From IMG/VR virus record IMGVR_UViG_3300042294_004161, positions 1 to 64,000 of that record: a stretch of DNA of 64,000 nt, one strand, 5' to 3'. This DNA is from a virus. Positions 30,524-40,494 of the stretch are shown piece by piece; positions within the stretch are counted from its first letter, which is position 1; every line of letters starts with the position of its first letter. The translations under genes and the position numbers were made by a program. The notes beneath the pieces were generated by a model. The model ran no database searches and was not told the origin of the DNA. It saw only the letters and a program-made list of their open reading frames with translations.

Positions 30524-30728
30524 AAGACATATAGCCAAAACCATAAGTTATCGTATCTTAAGTACAGGAATAGGTTTTATAACAATGTGGGTTATAACAG
30601 GCAGTATTAAAATAAGTACTGCCTTTAGTATTATAGAATTAGTATGGAAACCTATCCAATATTATGTTCACGAAAGAATATGGTATAAATGGATAAAATA
30701 CGGAGTTGAATCTAAAGAACAAAACTAA
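30510..30728 (+). CDS. DUF2061-like small membrane protein
   Basis: RHIAKTISYRIL...K...YYVHERIW. Confidence 0.75.
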   Translation: MVDYKRHIAKTISYRILSTGIGFITMWVITGSIKISTAFSIIELVWKPIQYYVHERIWYKWIKYGVESKEQN

Positions 30729-30774
30729 ATACATTTTGTAAAATTTTCAATATTTATATGAAACAATCATATAG

Positions 30775-33700
30775 ATGGCTGAAAATAGAAGTAGTGGAGT
30801 TAATAGGTTAGATAGTCCAGATAAAGGTAGAGGATTTTTTAACAACTCTTTAGGTTTTAATAAAAATAATCTACCTGTAGTTACTCAAGGATGGGAAAAT
30901 TATGTATTAACAATAGATGATACAGGTCTTGTATCTTTAGTTCAAGTATCATCAACAAGCACATCAGGAACAGCAGGTACTTCTGGTACAAGTGGTACAT
31001 CAGGCTCAAACGGTACATCAGGTTCAAGTGGTGCTTCCGGTTCAAGTGGTATCTCAGGTTCAAGAGGTACATCAGGTATAACTGGTTCATCAGGTACATC
31101 AGGTAGCTCATCAGGTACTTCAGGCTCAAGTGGCTCTTCAGGTACAGCAGGTGCAGACGGTCAGTCAGGTTTAAGTGCTACTTCAGGTACCTCAGGCACT
31201 TCAGGATCCTCAGGTACCTCAGGTCTAACAGGTTCATCAGGAATATCTAGAACCTCAGGCAGTTCAGGCTCAAGTGGTACATCAGGTTCCTCAGGTACAG
31301 CAGGTGCAGATGGTCAATCAGGATTAAGTGCTACCTCAGGTACATCTGGTTCCTCAGGCTCTTCAGGTACATCAGGTCTAACAGGTTCTTCTGGATTATC
31401 TAGAACCTCAGGTACATCAGGCTCATCAGGTTCCTCAGGTACAGCAGGTGCAGATGGTCAATCTGGCCTTAGCACTACATCTGGCACCTCAGGTTCATCA
31501 GGTTCAAGTGGTACCTCAGGTTTGGTAGGTTCATCAGGATTATCTAGAACCTCAGGTACTTCAGGCACCTCAGGATCAAATGGATCTTCAGGTACAGCAG
31601 GTGCAGATGGTCAATCAGGTTTAAGTGCTACATCTGGCACCTCAGGTTCATCAGGTTCAAGTGGTACCTCAGGTTTGGTAGGTTCATCAGGTTTATCTAG
31701 AACTTCAGGTTCAAGTGGTTCATCAGGTTCCTCAGGTACAGCAGGTGCAGACGGACAATCAGGTTTAAGTGCTACCTCAGGTACATCTGGTTCTTCTGGT
31801 TCTTCAGGTACCTCAGGTTTAGTAGGTTCTTCAGGACAGTCTAGAACCTCAGGTACATCAGGCTCAAGTGGCTCATCAGGTACAGCAGGTGCAGATGGTC
31901 AATCTGGACTAAGCTCAACTTCAGGCACTTCAGGATCAAGTGGCTCTTCAGGCACATCAGGTCTAGTTGGTTCATCAGGAATATCTAGAACTTCAGGTAC
32001 ATCTGGTACAAATGGCTCATCGGGTACAGCAGGAGCAGATGGTCAATCTGGATTAAGCGCTACCTCAGGTACATCAGGTACTTCAGGTTCAAGTGGAACT
32101 TCAGGTTTAGTAGGTTCTTCTGGTTTATCTAGAACATCTGGTGCTTCAGGTACATCAGGTACTTCTGGTACTAATGGTTCAAGTGGTACAGCAGGTGCAG
32201 ACGGTCAGTCAGGTTTAAGTGCTACCTCAGGTACAAGTGGAACTTCAGGTTCAAGTGGTACATCAGGACTAGTAGGTTCCTCAGGACTATCTAGAACATC
32301 AGGTACCTCAGGTACCTCAGGTTCTTCAGGTACATCAGGAACAAATGGTTCTTCTGGTACTTCAGGAAATGCTGGAGTTTCAGGAGTAAGCTCAACTTCA
32401 GGCACTTCAGGTACCTCAGGATCATCAGGTACATCAGGTCTAGCTAGAAGTTCAGGTACTTCAGGTAGTTCAGGTACAAGTGGTACATCAGGAGATATAG
32501 GTTCCTCAGGTGCCAGTGCAGCTTCAGGAACCTCAGGTACAAATGGCTCAAATGGTACCTCAGGTAATGCAGGTGTCTCAGGTGTAAGTTCTACCTCAGG
32601 TACAAGTGGTACATCAGGTTCTTCAGGTACATCAGGTTTAGCTAGAACTTCAGGTACCTCAGGTACCTCAGGTTCTTCAGGTACATCTGGTGATATTGGG
32701 ACAAGTGGTACAAGTACAGTCTCAGGTACCTCAGGTACCTCAGGTTCAAGTGGTACATCAGGAGATATAGGCACTTCAGGTGCAAGTGCGGCCTCAGGTA
32801 CCTCAGGTACTAATGGCTCTTCAGGTACAAATGGAGCAATAGGTACTTCAGGAGCCAGTGCCACCTCAGGTACTTCAGGATCCTCAGGTACAAATGGTAA
32901 TGCAGGTGTCTCAGGTGTTAGTTCAACCTCAGGTACTTCAGGTACCTCAGGTTCTTCAGGTACATCTGGTCTATCCCAAAGTTCAGGCACTTCAGGCACC
33001 TCAGGTTCTTCAGGTACATCTGGTGATGCAGGAGCTTCAGGTTTATCTAGAACCTCAGGTACTTCAGGCACTTCAGGATCAAATGGTACCTCAGGTAACG
33101 CTGGAGCCTCAGGTGCAAGTGCCACCTCAGGTACCTCAGGTACTAATGGATCTTCAGGTACAAATGGAGCAATAGGTACTTCAGGAACAAGTGCAGCCTC
33201 AGGTACCTCAGGTACAAACGGATCCTCAGGCACAAATGGTAACGCAGGTGTTTCAGGTGTAAGCTCTACCTCAGGTACAAGTGGTACATCAGGCTCAAGT
33301 GGCACTTCAGGTTTAGCTAGAAGTTCAGGTTCCTCAAGTGCTTCAGGTACCTCAGGTACCTCAGGTTCAGCTGGTACTTCAGGTATATCATTTAATGGTA
33401 CAAGTGGAATATCAGGTGGTGTATTTACAAACCAACCAGACTTTTTAGTACGAACTACAGGTACTACTACAATACAAAGTGTACCATTCCTATTTGCAGA
33501 TATAACTAATAGTAGGTTGGGTATTGGTACTACTACCCCGAACGCTCTTTTAAGTCTAGGAACATCAGTCCAAGATAATAAAATTTATCTTTACGATGGA
33601 ACCTCAGATAAATACGGTCTAGGAATACGCAGTAATCAACTTATAATTTATAGTGGCGCAGCTGCGGCTTCTACTGGGGGAATTCTTTTTGGCACCTATG

Positions 33701-35274
33701 ACGGTACAACGTTTGCCGAACTAATGAGAATAAGGAAAGATGGCAACGTAGGTATTGGAATAACATCCCCTGGCTCCCGTCTAGTAGTCCAAGGTTCAGG
33801 TGCAACATCAGCAACCTCTGCTCTAAATATAACCAACTCAACTCCAACAAGTCTATTGTTTGTAAGAGATGATAGCAACGTCGGTATTGGGACGACGGCG
33901 CCTGAAGCACTGCTACATTTAAGTAAATCATCGGCAGGTGGAGAAGGGGCATTTTTGTTTATTGATAACCCCGCAGCATCTACGTTAGACAATAAAGCTG
34001 GAATTAGATTTGCGACAAACGCTGGAGCTTCATTCTCAGGGTATGGTTCATTCATTGAAGCTATAAATACGAATGCTGGCAACGGTGCTGAATCATTAGC
34101 CTTTGGAACTTGGAATGGGGCAGCAAGAGGAGAGCGTATGCGTATTGATGCATCAGGCAACGTCGGCATTGGTACTACGAGTCCAAGTTCTTTGCTTGAT
34201 GTTGTTACAAACACGGTTGGCCTTGCTACAAATTCTATAAAATTAGGAAACGCAGCTGGAGACTCTAGAAGTGTTGGTCAATTTCTTGGCGACCAAGCGG
34301 TTTATAATCCAGCAGCGGCAACAAACACTACAAATGGTTCAGTTGCTGGAATTAAGTTCAATTGGTATAGCGAAAATTGGATGTTGTCTGCTACACGTGG
34401 TGGGGGCGCTGATATAGAAGGATTAGTAATTAGTAGAAATGGTACTGAAAGATTAGTTATTAGCTCAACAGGTAATGTAGGCATTGGCACGACGGCGCCA
34501 TTCTCAACTGCAAAATTACAAGTTAAGACTGCCACGGATATAAACGTAGCAATACAAACTGGTACAACAAATACTTCCGGAATTAAAATAAATGCATTTA
34601 ACGATGCTGGTAATGCAAATATACCTTTAGAATTAAACGGTTCTATTTTAAGTCTAAAAACGGGTGAGGCAGAACGGATGCGTATTGATGCATCAGGCAA
34701 CGTCGGCATTGGCACGACAAGTCCAGGCTCTCGCCTAGTAGTCCAAGGCTCAGGCACAACATCAGCAACATCAGCTCTCAATGTAACCAACTCAACCCCA
34801 ACAAGCCTATTGTTTGTAAGAGATGATGGAAACGTAGGTATTGGAACTTCTTCTCCTTTATACCCTGTAGTGATAGCAAATAGAGGTCCAGCAGGAACTC
34901 CTCAACGTTCTCTAGCAATAGGTAACACAGCAACTAATGGTACATTTATGTATCTTGGATCTTCAGCATCTACATCAGGATATAATTTAATACAATCAGT
35001 AACTACTGAGGGTACAGCTTACGGTAATTTAGTACTACAACCAGAAGCTGGTGATGTAGGTATAGCGACAACATCTCCACAAGCAAAACTTCATGTAGCT
35101 GGAACAGTAAGAATAGATAGTACATCCTCTACCCCCAATAGTTTAGGAGGTAGTGTAGATACATTATTAACAAATACAGCCACAGATAATATAGCTATGG
35201 GGGTTCCTGATACTTGGCTTCAAATTAATATAAATGGTGTAGATTATGCTATCCCAGTATATCAACCTGCTTAA
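30775..35274 (+). CDS. Second Gly-X-Y repeat fibre protein (1499 aa) with C-terminal GNVGIGTTxP tail-fibre modules
   Basis: About 820 aa of G-X-S triplets, then about eight (G/S)NVGIGTTxP-type units. Confidence 0.85.
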   Translation: MAENRSSGVNRLDSPDKGRGFFNNSLGFNKNNLPVVTQGWENYVLTIDDTGLVSLVQVSSTSTSGTAGTSGTSGTSGSNGTSGSSGASGSSGISGSRGTSGITGSSGTSGSSSGTSGSSGSSGTAGADGQSGLSATSGTSGTSGSSGTSGLTGSSGISRTSGSSGSSGTSGSSGTAGADGQSGLSATSGTSGSSGSSGTSGLTGSSGLSRTSGTSGSSGSSGTAGADGQSGLSTTSGTSGSSGSSGTSGLVGSSGLSRTSGTSGTSGSNGSSGTAGADGQSGLSATSGTSGSSGSSGTSGLVGSSGLSRTSGSSGSSGSSGTAGADGQSGLSATSGTSGSSGSSGTSGLVGSSGQSRTSGTSGSSGSSGTAGADGQSGLSSTSGTSGSSGSSGTSGLVGSSGISRTSGTSGTNGSSGTAGADGQSGLSATSGTSGTSGSSGTSGLVGSSGLSRTSGASGTSGTSGTNGSSGTAGADGQSGLSATSGTSGTSGSSGTSGLVGSSGLSRTSGTSGTSGSSGTSGTNGSSGTSGNAGVSGVSSTSGTSGTSGSSGTSGLARSSGTSGSSGTSGTSGDIGSSGASAASGTSGTNGSNGTSGNAGVSGVSSTSGTSGTSGSSGTSGLARTSGTSGTSGSSGTSGDIGTSGTSTVSGTSGTSGSSGTSGDIGTSGASAASGTSGTNGSSGTNGAIGTSGASATSGTSGSSGTNGNAGVSGVSSTSGTSGTSGSSGTSGLSQSSGTSGTSGSSGTSGDAGASGLSRTSGTSGTSGSNGTSGNAGASGASATSGTSGTNGSSGTNGAIGTSGTSAASGTSGTNGSSGTNGNAGVSGVSSTSGTSGTSGSSGTSGLARSSGSSSASGTSGTSGSAGTSGISFNGTSGISGGVFTNQPDFLVRTTGTTTIQSVPFLFADITNSRLGIGTTTPNALLSLGTSVQDNKIYLYDGTSDKYGLGIRSNQLIIYSGAAAASTGGILFGTYDGTTFAELMRIRKDGNVGIGITSPGSRLVVQGSGATSATSALNITNSTPTSLLFVRDDSNVGIGTTAPEALLHLSKSSAGGEGAFLFIDNPAASTLDNKAGIRFATNAGASFSGYGSFIEAINTNAGNGAESLAFGTWNGAARGERMRIDASGNVGIGTTSPSSLLDVVTNTVGLATNSIKLGNAAGDSRSVGQFLGDQAVYNPAAATNTTNGSVAGIKFNWYSENWMLSATRGGGADIEGLVISRNGTERLVISSTGNVGIGTTAPFSTAKLQVKTATDINVAIQTGTTNTSGIKINAFNDAGNANIPLELNGSILSLKTGEAERMRIDASGNVGIGTTSPGSRLVVQGSGTTSATSALNVTNSTPTSLLFVRDDGNVGIGTSSPLYPVVIANRGPAGTPQRSLAIGNTATNGTFMYLGSSASTSGYNLIQSVTTEGTAYGNLVLQPEAGDVGIATTSPQAKLHVAGTVRIDSTSSTPNSLGGSVDTLLTNTATDNIAMGVPDTWLQININGVDYAIPVYQPA
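30967..33420 (+). repeat. Coding 9-bp-period repeat with higher-order unit (GTAGADGQSGLSATSGTSGSSGSSGTSGLVGSSGLSRTS)
   Basis: GADGQSGLS unit recurs about eight times in 31140..32300. Confidence 0.95.
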
Positions 35275-35309
35275 TAACTTTTAAAATTAATATTTATAAA
35301 TAAATAATT

Positions 35310-35642
35310 ATGGCAATTCAAACAACATCAAATTTTGAGTACAATTATGGAACATATTCAAATCCATATTTTCGTTTAGTACTTCATCTTCCCCAAAGCG
35401 GTCAAGATACACCAGTAGACTGTTTTATGTATCATTCTAAAGAAATGTATGAAAGCGGAAGTCAAGCTATTACATGTCTTCCATTCTATATCCCAAATGC
35501 TTCCGCCTCAATAAACAACCAAGGTATAGATGTAGTAAACAAATATCTACTATATGTTACTGAACAAGTTACAGGATCATTAGAAACTTTATCTTCAGGT
35601 TCAGTATTTGAAATAGTAGAAATACCTACAGAATTAGATTAA
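35310..35642 (+). CDS. Hypothetical protein (possible fibre accessory)
   Basis: Follows fibre 2; late motif at 35290. Confidence 0.55.
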   Translation: MAIQTTSNFEYNYGTYSNPYFRLVLHLPQSGQDTPVDCFMYHSKEMYESGSQAITCLPFYIPNASASINNQGIDVVNKYLLYVTEQVTGSLETLSSGSVFEIVEIPTELD

Positions 35643-35683
35643 TTAGGTTTGGAAAACTAAAAATTAGTTATTATATTATTGTT

Positions 35684-37678
35684 ATGAAAAAACTGTTATA
35701 TATAGCCCCTCACCTATCAACTGGGGGATTACCACAATATCTAACTAAAAAAATAGAACTACTTAAAGATAAATTTGAAATTTATCTTGTAGAATGGGTT
35801 GATTGTACAGGTGGTGTTTTAGTAGTTACTAGAAATAAAATTGTAAAGCTTATCGACAGTGATAAGTTTTTTACATTAGGAGACAACAAACAAGAACTAA
35901 TTAACATTATATCTAAAATAAAACCAGATATAATTCATTTAGAAGAAATACCAGAATTTTTTATGGATTCTGATATTACTAAACAAATATATAATCCTAA
36001 TAGAAAATATGTTATTGTAGAAACATCTCATGACTCATCATATGATGTATCAAATAAACAGTTCTTTCCAGACAAATTTATGTTTGTCTCACAATGGCAG
36101 ATAGATCAATATAAGAGCATTGATGTACCTAGTGTATTAATCGAATATCCTATTGAATATATAGAACGTCCCGACCGTACTGAGGTACTACGTAATTTAC
36201 ACTTAGATCCAACAAAAAAACACATTTTACACGTTGGGTTATACACATCAAGAAAGAATCAAAAAGAATTCTTTGAATATGCTAAAGCATTTCCTGAGTA
36301 TGAGTTTCATAGTTTAGGTAATAGAGCAGACAACTTTAAATGGTATTGGGAACCATTAGAACAAAACACTCCTCCTAATTTAACATGGTGGAATGAAAGA
36401 ACAGATGTAGATGCTTTTTATCAAGCAATGGATTTGTTTTTGTTTACTTCTAGAGGAACAAATAATGATAAAGAAACTATGCCTTTAGTAATCCGAGAGG
36501 CAATATCTAATCAGATACCAACTTTAATTTACAATCTAGAGGTATATCAGAACTATTTTGATAAGTTTGAAAAAGTAAATTATCTTGATTTTGATAGTTT
36601 TAGAACAAATTGTGATATAATCAAAAATACTCTAGAACAAAATAATAATATAAATCTTGATGAAGAAGCAATTGTTATATCAACATACCCTATATCAAGT
36701 TCTACAATACAAACAACTAAAGAATGTATTGAATCTTTAAGACAAACTGGTAGAAAAATTATATTAACATCTCATATTCCTATTCCTGAAGAATTACAAA
36801 AAATTGTAGATTATTGTTTATATGATTCTAATAATATTTTAACTAAACATACATTCTATAAACACACATGGGTTGATTATGATACATGGAGAGTTGATTT
36901 AAATTTAACCGGAGAAGATAATGATGTATATCATGGACCTGCTGTTTATACAAATTATTATAATGCAGCTGTATTAGCTAATAATTTAGGTATTAAAAAA
37001 TTGTACTTTTTAAATTATGATTACTATTTAAAAAATTCTTTATATATAGATAATATATCTTTAATTTTAAATAATAAAAAAGCATATGTTTGTTTAAAAA
37101 AAGAACAAGAAGGTAATACAGTTACTACTTTCTTTTTAGCATCTGATCCACAGTTCTATTTAAATCATTTTCCATTAATTAAAACATCTAAAGATTATGA
37201 TGATTTAATGGTAAAATGGGGTAGTGAATCTAATGGTTTGGAAAATTTAGCATATCATACATTTAATCAAGATAAAGATAAAATATATTGGGAAGAAGAA
37301 TCTAAATTCAATAATTTAATAACTGAAAATTTTGAACATAAAGATTACTCTAGAATCGAATATTTTTCAGTAATCCCTATAAAAGATAATCTAAATCAAT
37401 TTGCTGTATTTTTACATGTAAATAATTTTCAAGATAGTAGAGTTATTAATATAACAATAACTGAAAATGATAATCTTATATCTGATGATAATATAAATTT
37501 TACCAATAAAATGTCATGGTTTAAACAAATATTTTCAAATATAGAAAATATATATGAAATAAAATATAAATCATTTGATGAAATAAATGGTTCTTTAATT
37601 GAAACAAAAGTTATTAAAATAGATAAAGATTATTTTGAAAATAAAATTAATCAAAACGGTTTACTTATATTAAAATGA
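35684..37678 (+). CDS. Multidomain glycosyltransferase (N-terminal GT-B/GT4-like plus uncharacterised C-terminal domain)
   Basis: PHLSTGGLPQY, VGLYTSRKNQ, FYQAMDLFLFTS...ETMPLVIREA. Confidence 0.8.
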   Translation: MKKLLYIAPHLSTGGLPQYLTKKIELLKDKFEIYLVEWVDCTGGVLVVTRNKIVKLIDSDKFFTLGDNKQELINIISKIKPDIIHLEEIPEFFMDSDITKQIYNPNRKYVIVETSHDSSYDVSNKQFFPDKFMFVSQWQIDQYKSIDVPSVLIEYPIEYIERPDRTEVLRNLHLDPTKKHILHVGLYTSRKNQKEFFEYAKAFPEYEFHSLGNRADNFKWYWEPLEQNTPPNLTWWNERTDVDAFYQAMDLFLFTSRGTNNDKETMPLVIREAISNQIPTLIYNLEVYQNYFDKFEKVNYLDFDSFRTNCDIIKNTLEQNNNINLDEEAIVISTYPISSSTIQTTKECIESLRQTGRKIILTSHIPIPEELQKIVDYCLYDSNNILTKHTFYKHTWVDYDTWRVDLNLTGEDNDVYHGPAVYTNYYNAAVLANNLGIKKLYFLNYDYYLKNSLYIDNISLILNNKKAYVCLKKEQEGNTVTTFFLASDPQFYLNHFPLIKTSKDYDDLMVKWGSESNGLENLAYHTFNQDKDKIYWEEESKFNNLITENFEHKDYSRIEYFSVIPIKDNLNQFAVFLHVNNFQDSRVINITITENDNLISDDNINFTNKMSWFKQIFSNIENIYEIKYKSFDEINGSLIETKVIKIDKDYFENKINQNGLLILK

Positions 37679-38625
37679 AAATAGCACAAATACATCCAGG
37701 TTGTGGGATATCAGTTCCTCCTCCATCTTGGGGAGCAATAGAAAAAATAGTATGGGAATTTATGGTGAATCTTAAAAAATTAGGTCATCAAGTAGATTTA
37801 AAATGGGCTAACGAAGTTAAACCAGGAGAATATGATTTAGTAATGGTTCATGTTGCTAATTTAGCATTAGAATTAGCTGATAAAGGAATACCATATATTT
37901 TTCAACATCATGACCATCATGCTTTTCATTATGGAAAAACATCTGATGTATATAAACAAAATAAAGAGGCTATGGAAAAATCAGTATTTTCCTTAGTTCC
38001 AGCAAGATATTTAGTTAATTATTTTGAGTTACCAAATGTTTATTATTTTTCACATGGTATAAACAATGAAGAATTTTATCCTATAAATAAATCTAAACCT
38101 ACTGAACCTAAATTACTTATGATAGCTAACAATGGATTAGCAGGTGATCCTGGTTTTGATAGAAAAGGATTTACATATGGAATAGCATTAGCTCAAGCTC
38201 GTAATCTACCTATTACAATAGCAGGACCATCAAATAATAAACATTTCTTTAATAATCATTTATGGGTGTTGGCTTATCCAAAACTTAATATTATATTTGA
38301 TTTACCAAATGAACAACTATTAAATCTATACCATCAACATGATATATTTATACATCCAACAATGTTAGAGGCAGGTCATCCTAATTTAACAATGTTAGAG
38401 GCAGTAGCTTCTGGTTTACCATTAATTGCAGATTGGGAACATGAAACTATATTTCATGGGGCTTGGAGGTCACCTAGAGATGTCTTTGAAATGTCTAGAG
38501 GATTAGATGATATAATGAATAATTGGGAATTATATAGAACAAAATGTTCAGAAACAGCTAAAGAATTATCATGGTACAATCGTTCAAAAGAATTAATAAA
38601 TTTATATAATGAACATGCGAACTAA
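37675..38625 (+). CDS. GT4-family glycosyltransferase
   Basis: VPPPSWGAIEKIV, RKG, DIFIHPTMLEAGHPNLTMLEAVASGLP. Confidence 0.85.
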   Translation: MKIAQIHPGCGISVPPPSWGAIEKIVWEFMVNLKKLGHQVDLKWANEVKPGEYDLVMVHVANLALELADKGIPYIFQHHDHHAFHYGKTSDVYKQNKEAMEKSVFSLVPARYLVNYFELPNVYYFSHGINNEEFYPINKSKPTEPKLLMIANNGLAGDPGFDRKGFTYGIALAQARNLPITIAGPSNNKHFFNNHLWVLAYPKLNIIFDLPNEQLLNLYHQHDIFIHPTMLEAGHPNLTMLEAVASGLPLIADWEHETIFHGAWRSPRDVFEMSRGLDDIMNNWELYRTKCSETAKELSWYNRSKELINLYNEHAN

Positions 38626-39301
38626 ATTTTATACAAAAAATAACCAACTAATTGACATATCAACATGGGATATATCAGGTGATATAAATGATATAGGAAA
38701 TAGATATGGTTGGGAAGGATCAATGGCTTATGGTAATTTAATACATGATGAATTAAATATCCATGGACCTGGAATGCAATATGGTGATATTTATTTAGAT
38801 TTAGGGGCTAACATTGGTATGTCTGCTATTAGAGCTGAGTCCAAAGGATGTTCTAAAATATATTGTATCGAACCAGATCCTGGAGTGTTTGAGGCTTTAA
38901 ATAAAAATAAAAGTTATAATTGGATCGTAGATAATATAGCTATAGGTACAGAACAAGGGTATATTGATATTTCTAAATGGCCTGATTGGTGGGATGTACA
39001 ACCAATTCAATGTATTACATTAGATCAATTTTTTGCGAAACATAATCTTAGTAAAGTAGATTATATGAAGTGTGATATTGAAGGTCATGAAAAATATGTT
39101 TTTGAAAATGTAAGTCAAATAACATGGGATAAAATACAAAAAATATTTTTTGAATATCATGAAGACACTCAAAATTTAAATGAAGAACAAAGAAATGAAG
39201 AACGATTAAAATTTGTTAAATTTTTTGCTGATAAAGGTTTTAATAATCATTTTGTTTCTCTTGGATATTATCAAAGTTTTATATATTATTGGAAATCATG
39301 A
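38609..39301 (+). CDS. FkbM-family SAM-dependent methyltransferase
   Basis: YLDLGANIG, IEPDP, TLD...VDYMKCDIEGHE, FEYH. Confidence 0.88.
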   Translation: MNMRTKFYTKNNQLIDISTWDISGDINDIGNRYGWEGSMAYGNLIHDELNIHGPGMQYGDIYLDLGANIGMSAIRAESKGCSKIYCIEPDPGVFEALNKNKSYNWIVDNIAIGTEQGYIDISKWPDWWDVQPIQCITLDQFFAKHNLSKVDYMKCDIEGHEKYVFENVSQITWDKIQKIFFEYHEDTQNLNEEQRNEERLKFVKFFADKGFNNHFVSLGYYQSFIYYWKS

Positions 39302-40494
39302 AAAACATATTAATTAACGAATACAACAATACCCCAATCCTAAATTTAGAGAATAAAAAACCACAAAATAAATTTATAATTAATTTTATAGATGGTGCTT
39401 TCTTAGAAATATTAGGTCCTGTAAATCTAGAATATAAAGCTAAATTTATAGATCGAAAAACTAAAAAAGTACTCCATGAAACTACACTTAGTAATAACAT
39501 GTGGACTCGTACTAATATTAAATATTGTATTAATTGGCGAGTAGAAGTTTATCAAAACAATAATTTAGTGTATGAACATGATTGGGATCCAACAGGTAAA
39601 AGAGTCTATATTGCTTTAGATTCAGGAGCCTTAGGTGATACATTAGCTTGGTTTCCATATGTAGAAGAATTTAGAAAAACATTTATGTGTGATGTTGTAT
39701 GTTCTACATTCCATAATGATTGGTTTAAAGAAAACTATCCAAATATTGAATTTATAAAACCAGGTACAGTAGCGAATGATTTATATGCTATGTATCCAAT
39801 TGGATGGTTTTATGATAATAAAAAAGTAGTATATGATAAAGTACCAATTGATTTTAAAAAATATCCATTACAACAAACAGCTAGTGAAATTTTAGGATTA
39901 AGCTATAGTGAAACAAAACCAAATCTAGTTACACCTAATATAAAAACAGATATTGAAGGAGAATATGTAGTAATAGCACCTCATGCTTCAGCTCATGCTA
40001 AGTACTGGATGTATGAAAAAGGATGGCAATCTATAATAGACTATTTAAATGAAAAAGGATATAAAGTAGTTATGTTAACTGGAGAGCCTTTAAATGATGA
40101 ATGGCATGATTCAAAATTAGGAGGTACACTAACTGGAGTAATAAATAAAACTGGATATCATATAGATATTAAAGACCGAATGATTGATATTAGAGATGCT
40201 AAAGCATTTATAGGAGTAGGTAGTGGATTAAGTTGGTTATCATGGTCATTAAACACCCCTACAATTTTAATATCTGGTTTTAGTTATCCATATACTGAAA
40301 TGCAAGACTGTGAACGTATATTCCCTGAAAATAAATCAGTATGTACTGGATGTTTTAACAGACATTGGCTAAACCCAGGAGATTGGGAATGGTGTCCTGA
40401 TCATAAAGATACTCCAAGACAATTTGAATGTACTAAAACAATCACCCCAGATCAAATAATTAAATCAATAAATAAAATTTTAAAAATCAAATAA
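39298..40494 (+). CDS. Autotransporter heptosyltransferase-like protein O-glycosyltransferase (TibC/Aah, BAHT family)
   Basis: GALGDTLAWFPYVEEF, AKYW...GW, FIGVGSGLSWLSW..ILISGFS, Cys motif CTGC...WCPDHKDTPRQFECTKTIT; start moved to ATG 39298. Confidence 0.85.
   Translation: MKNILINEYNNTPILNLENKKPQNKFIINFIDGAFLEILGPVNLEYKAKFIDRKTKKVLHETTLSNNMWTRTNIKYCINWRVEVYQNNNLVYEHDWDPTGKRVYIALDSGALGDTLAWFPYVEEFRKTFMCDVVCSTFHNDWFKENYPNIEFIKPGTVANDLYAMYPIGWFYDNKKVVYDKVPIDFKKYPLQQTASEILGLSYSETKPNLVTPNIKTDIEGEYVVIAPHASAHAKYWMYEKGWQSIIDYLNEKGYKVVMLTGEPLNDEWHDSKLGGTLTGVINKTGYHIDIKDRMIDIRDAKAFIGVGSGLSWLSWSLNTPTILISGFSYPYTEMQDCERIFPENKSVCTGCFNRHWLNPGDWEWCPDHKDTPRQFECTKTITPDQIIKSINKILKIK

Noticed and set aside
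21654-33305. Long minus-strand Pro/Glu/Val-rich ORFs (e.g. 23628..26303) and alternative-frame Gln/Val ORFs
   Set aside because: Shadows of the stop-poor 9-bp coding repeat on the + strand; no independent expression signals
21700-33420. Repeat tracts as possible CRISPR arrays or satellites
   Set aside because: No constant repeat with unique spacers; variation is codon-structured within open frames; no cas genes
33742-34845. Duplicated fibre-tip module as a DGR template/variable repeat pair
   Set aside because: Differences are mostly synonymous and not adenine-specific; no reverse transcriptase in the window
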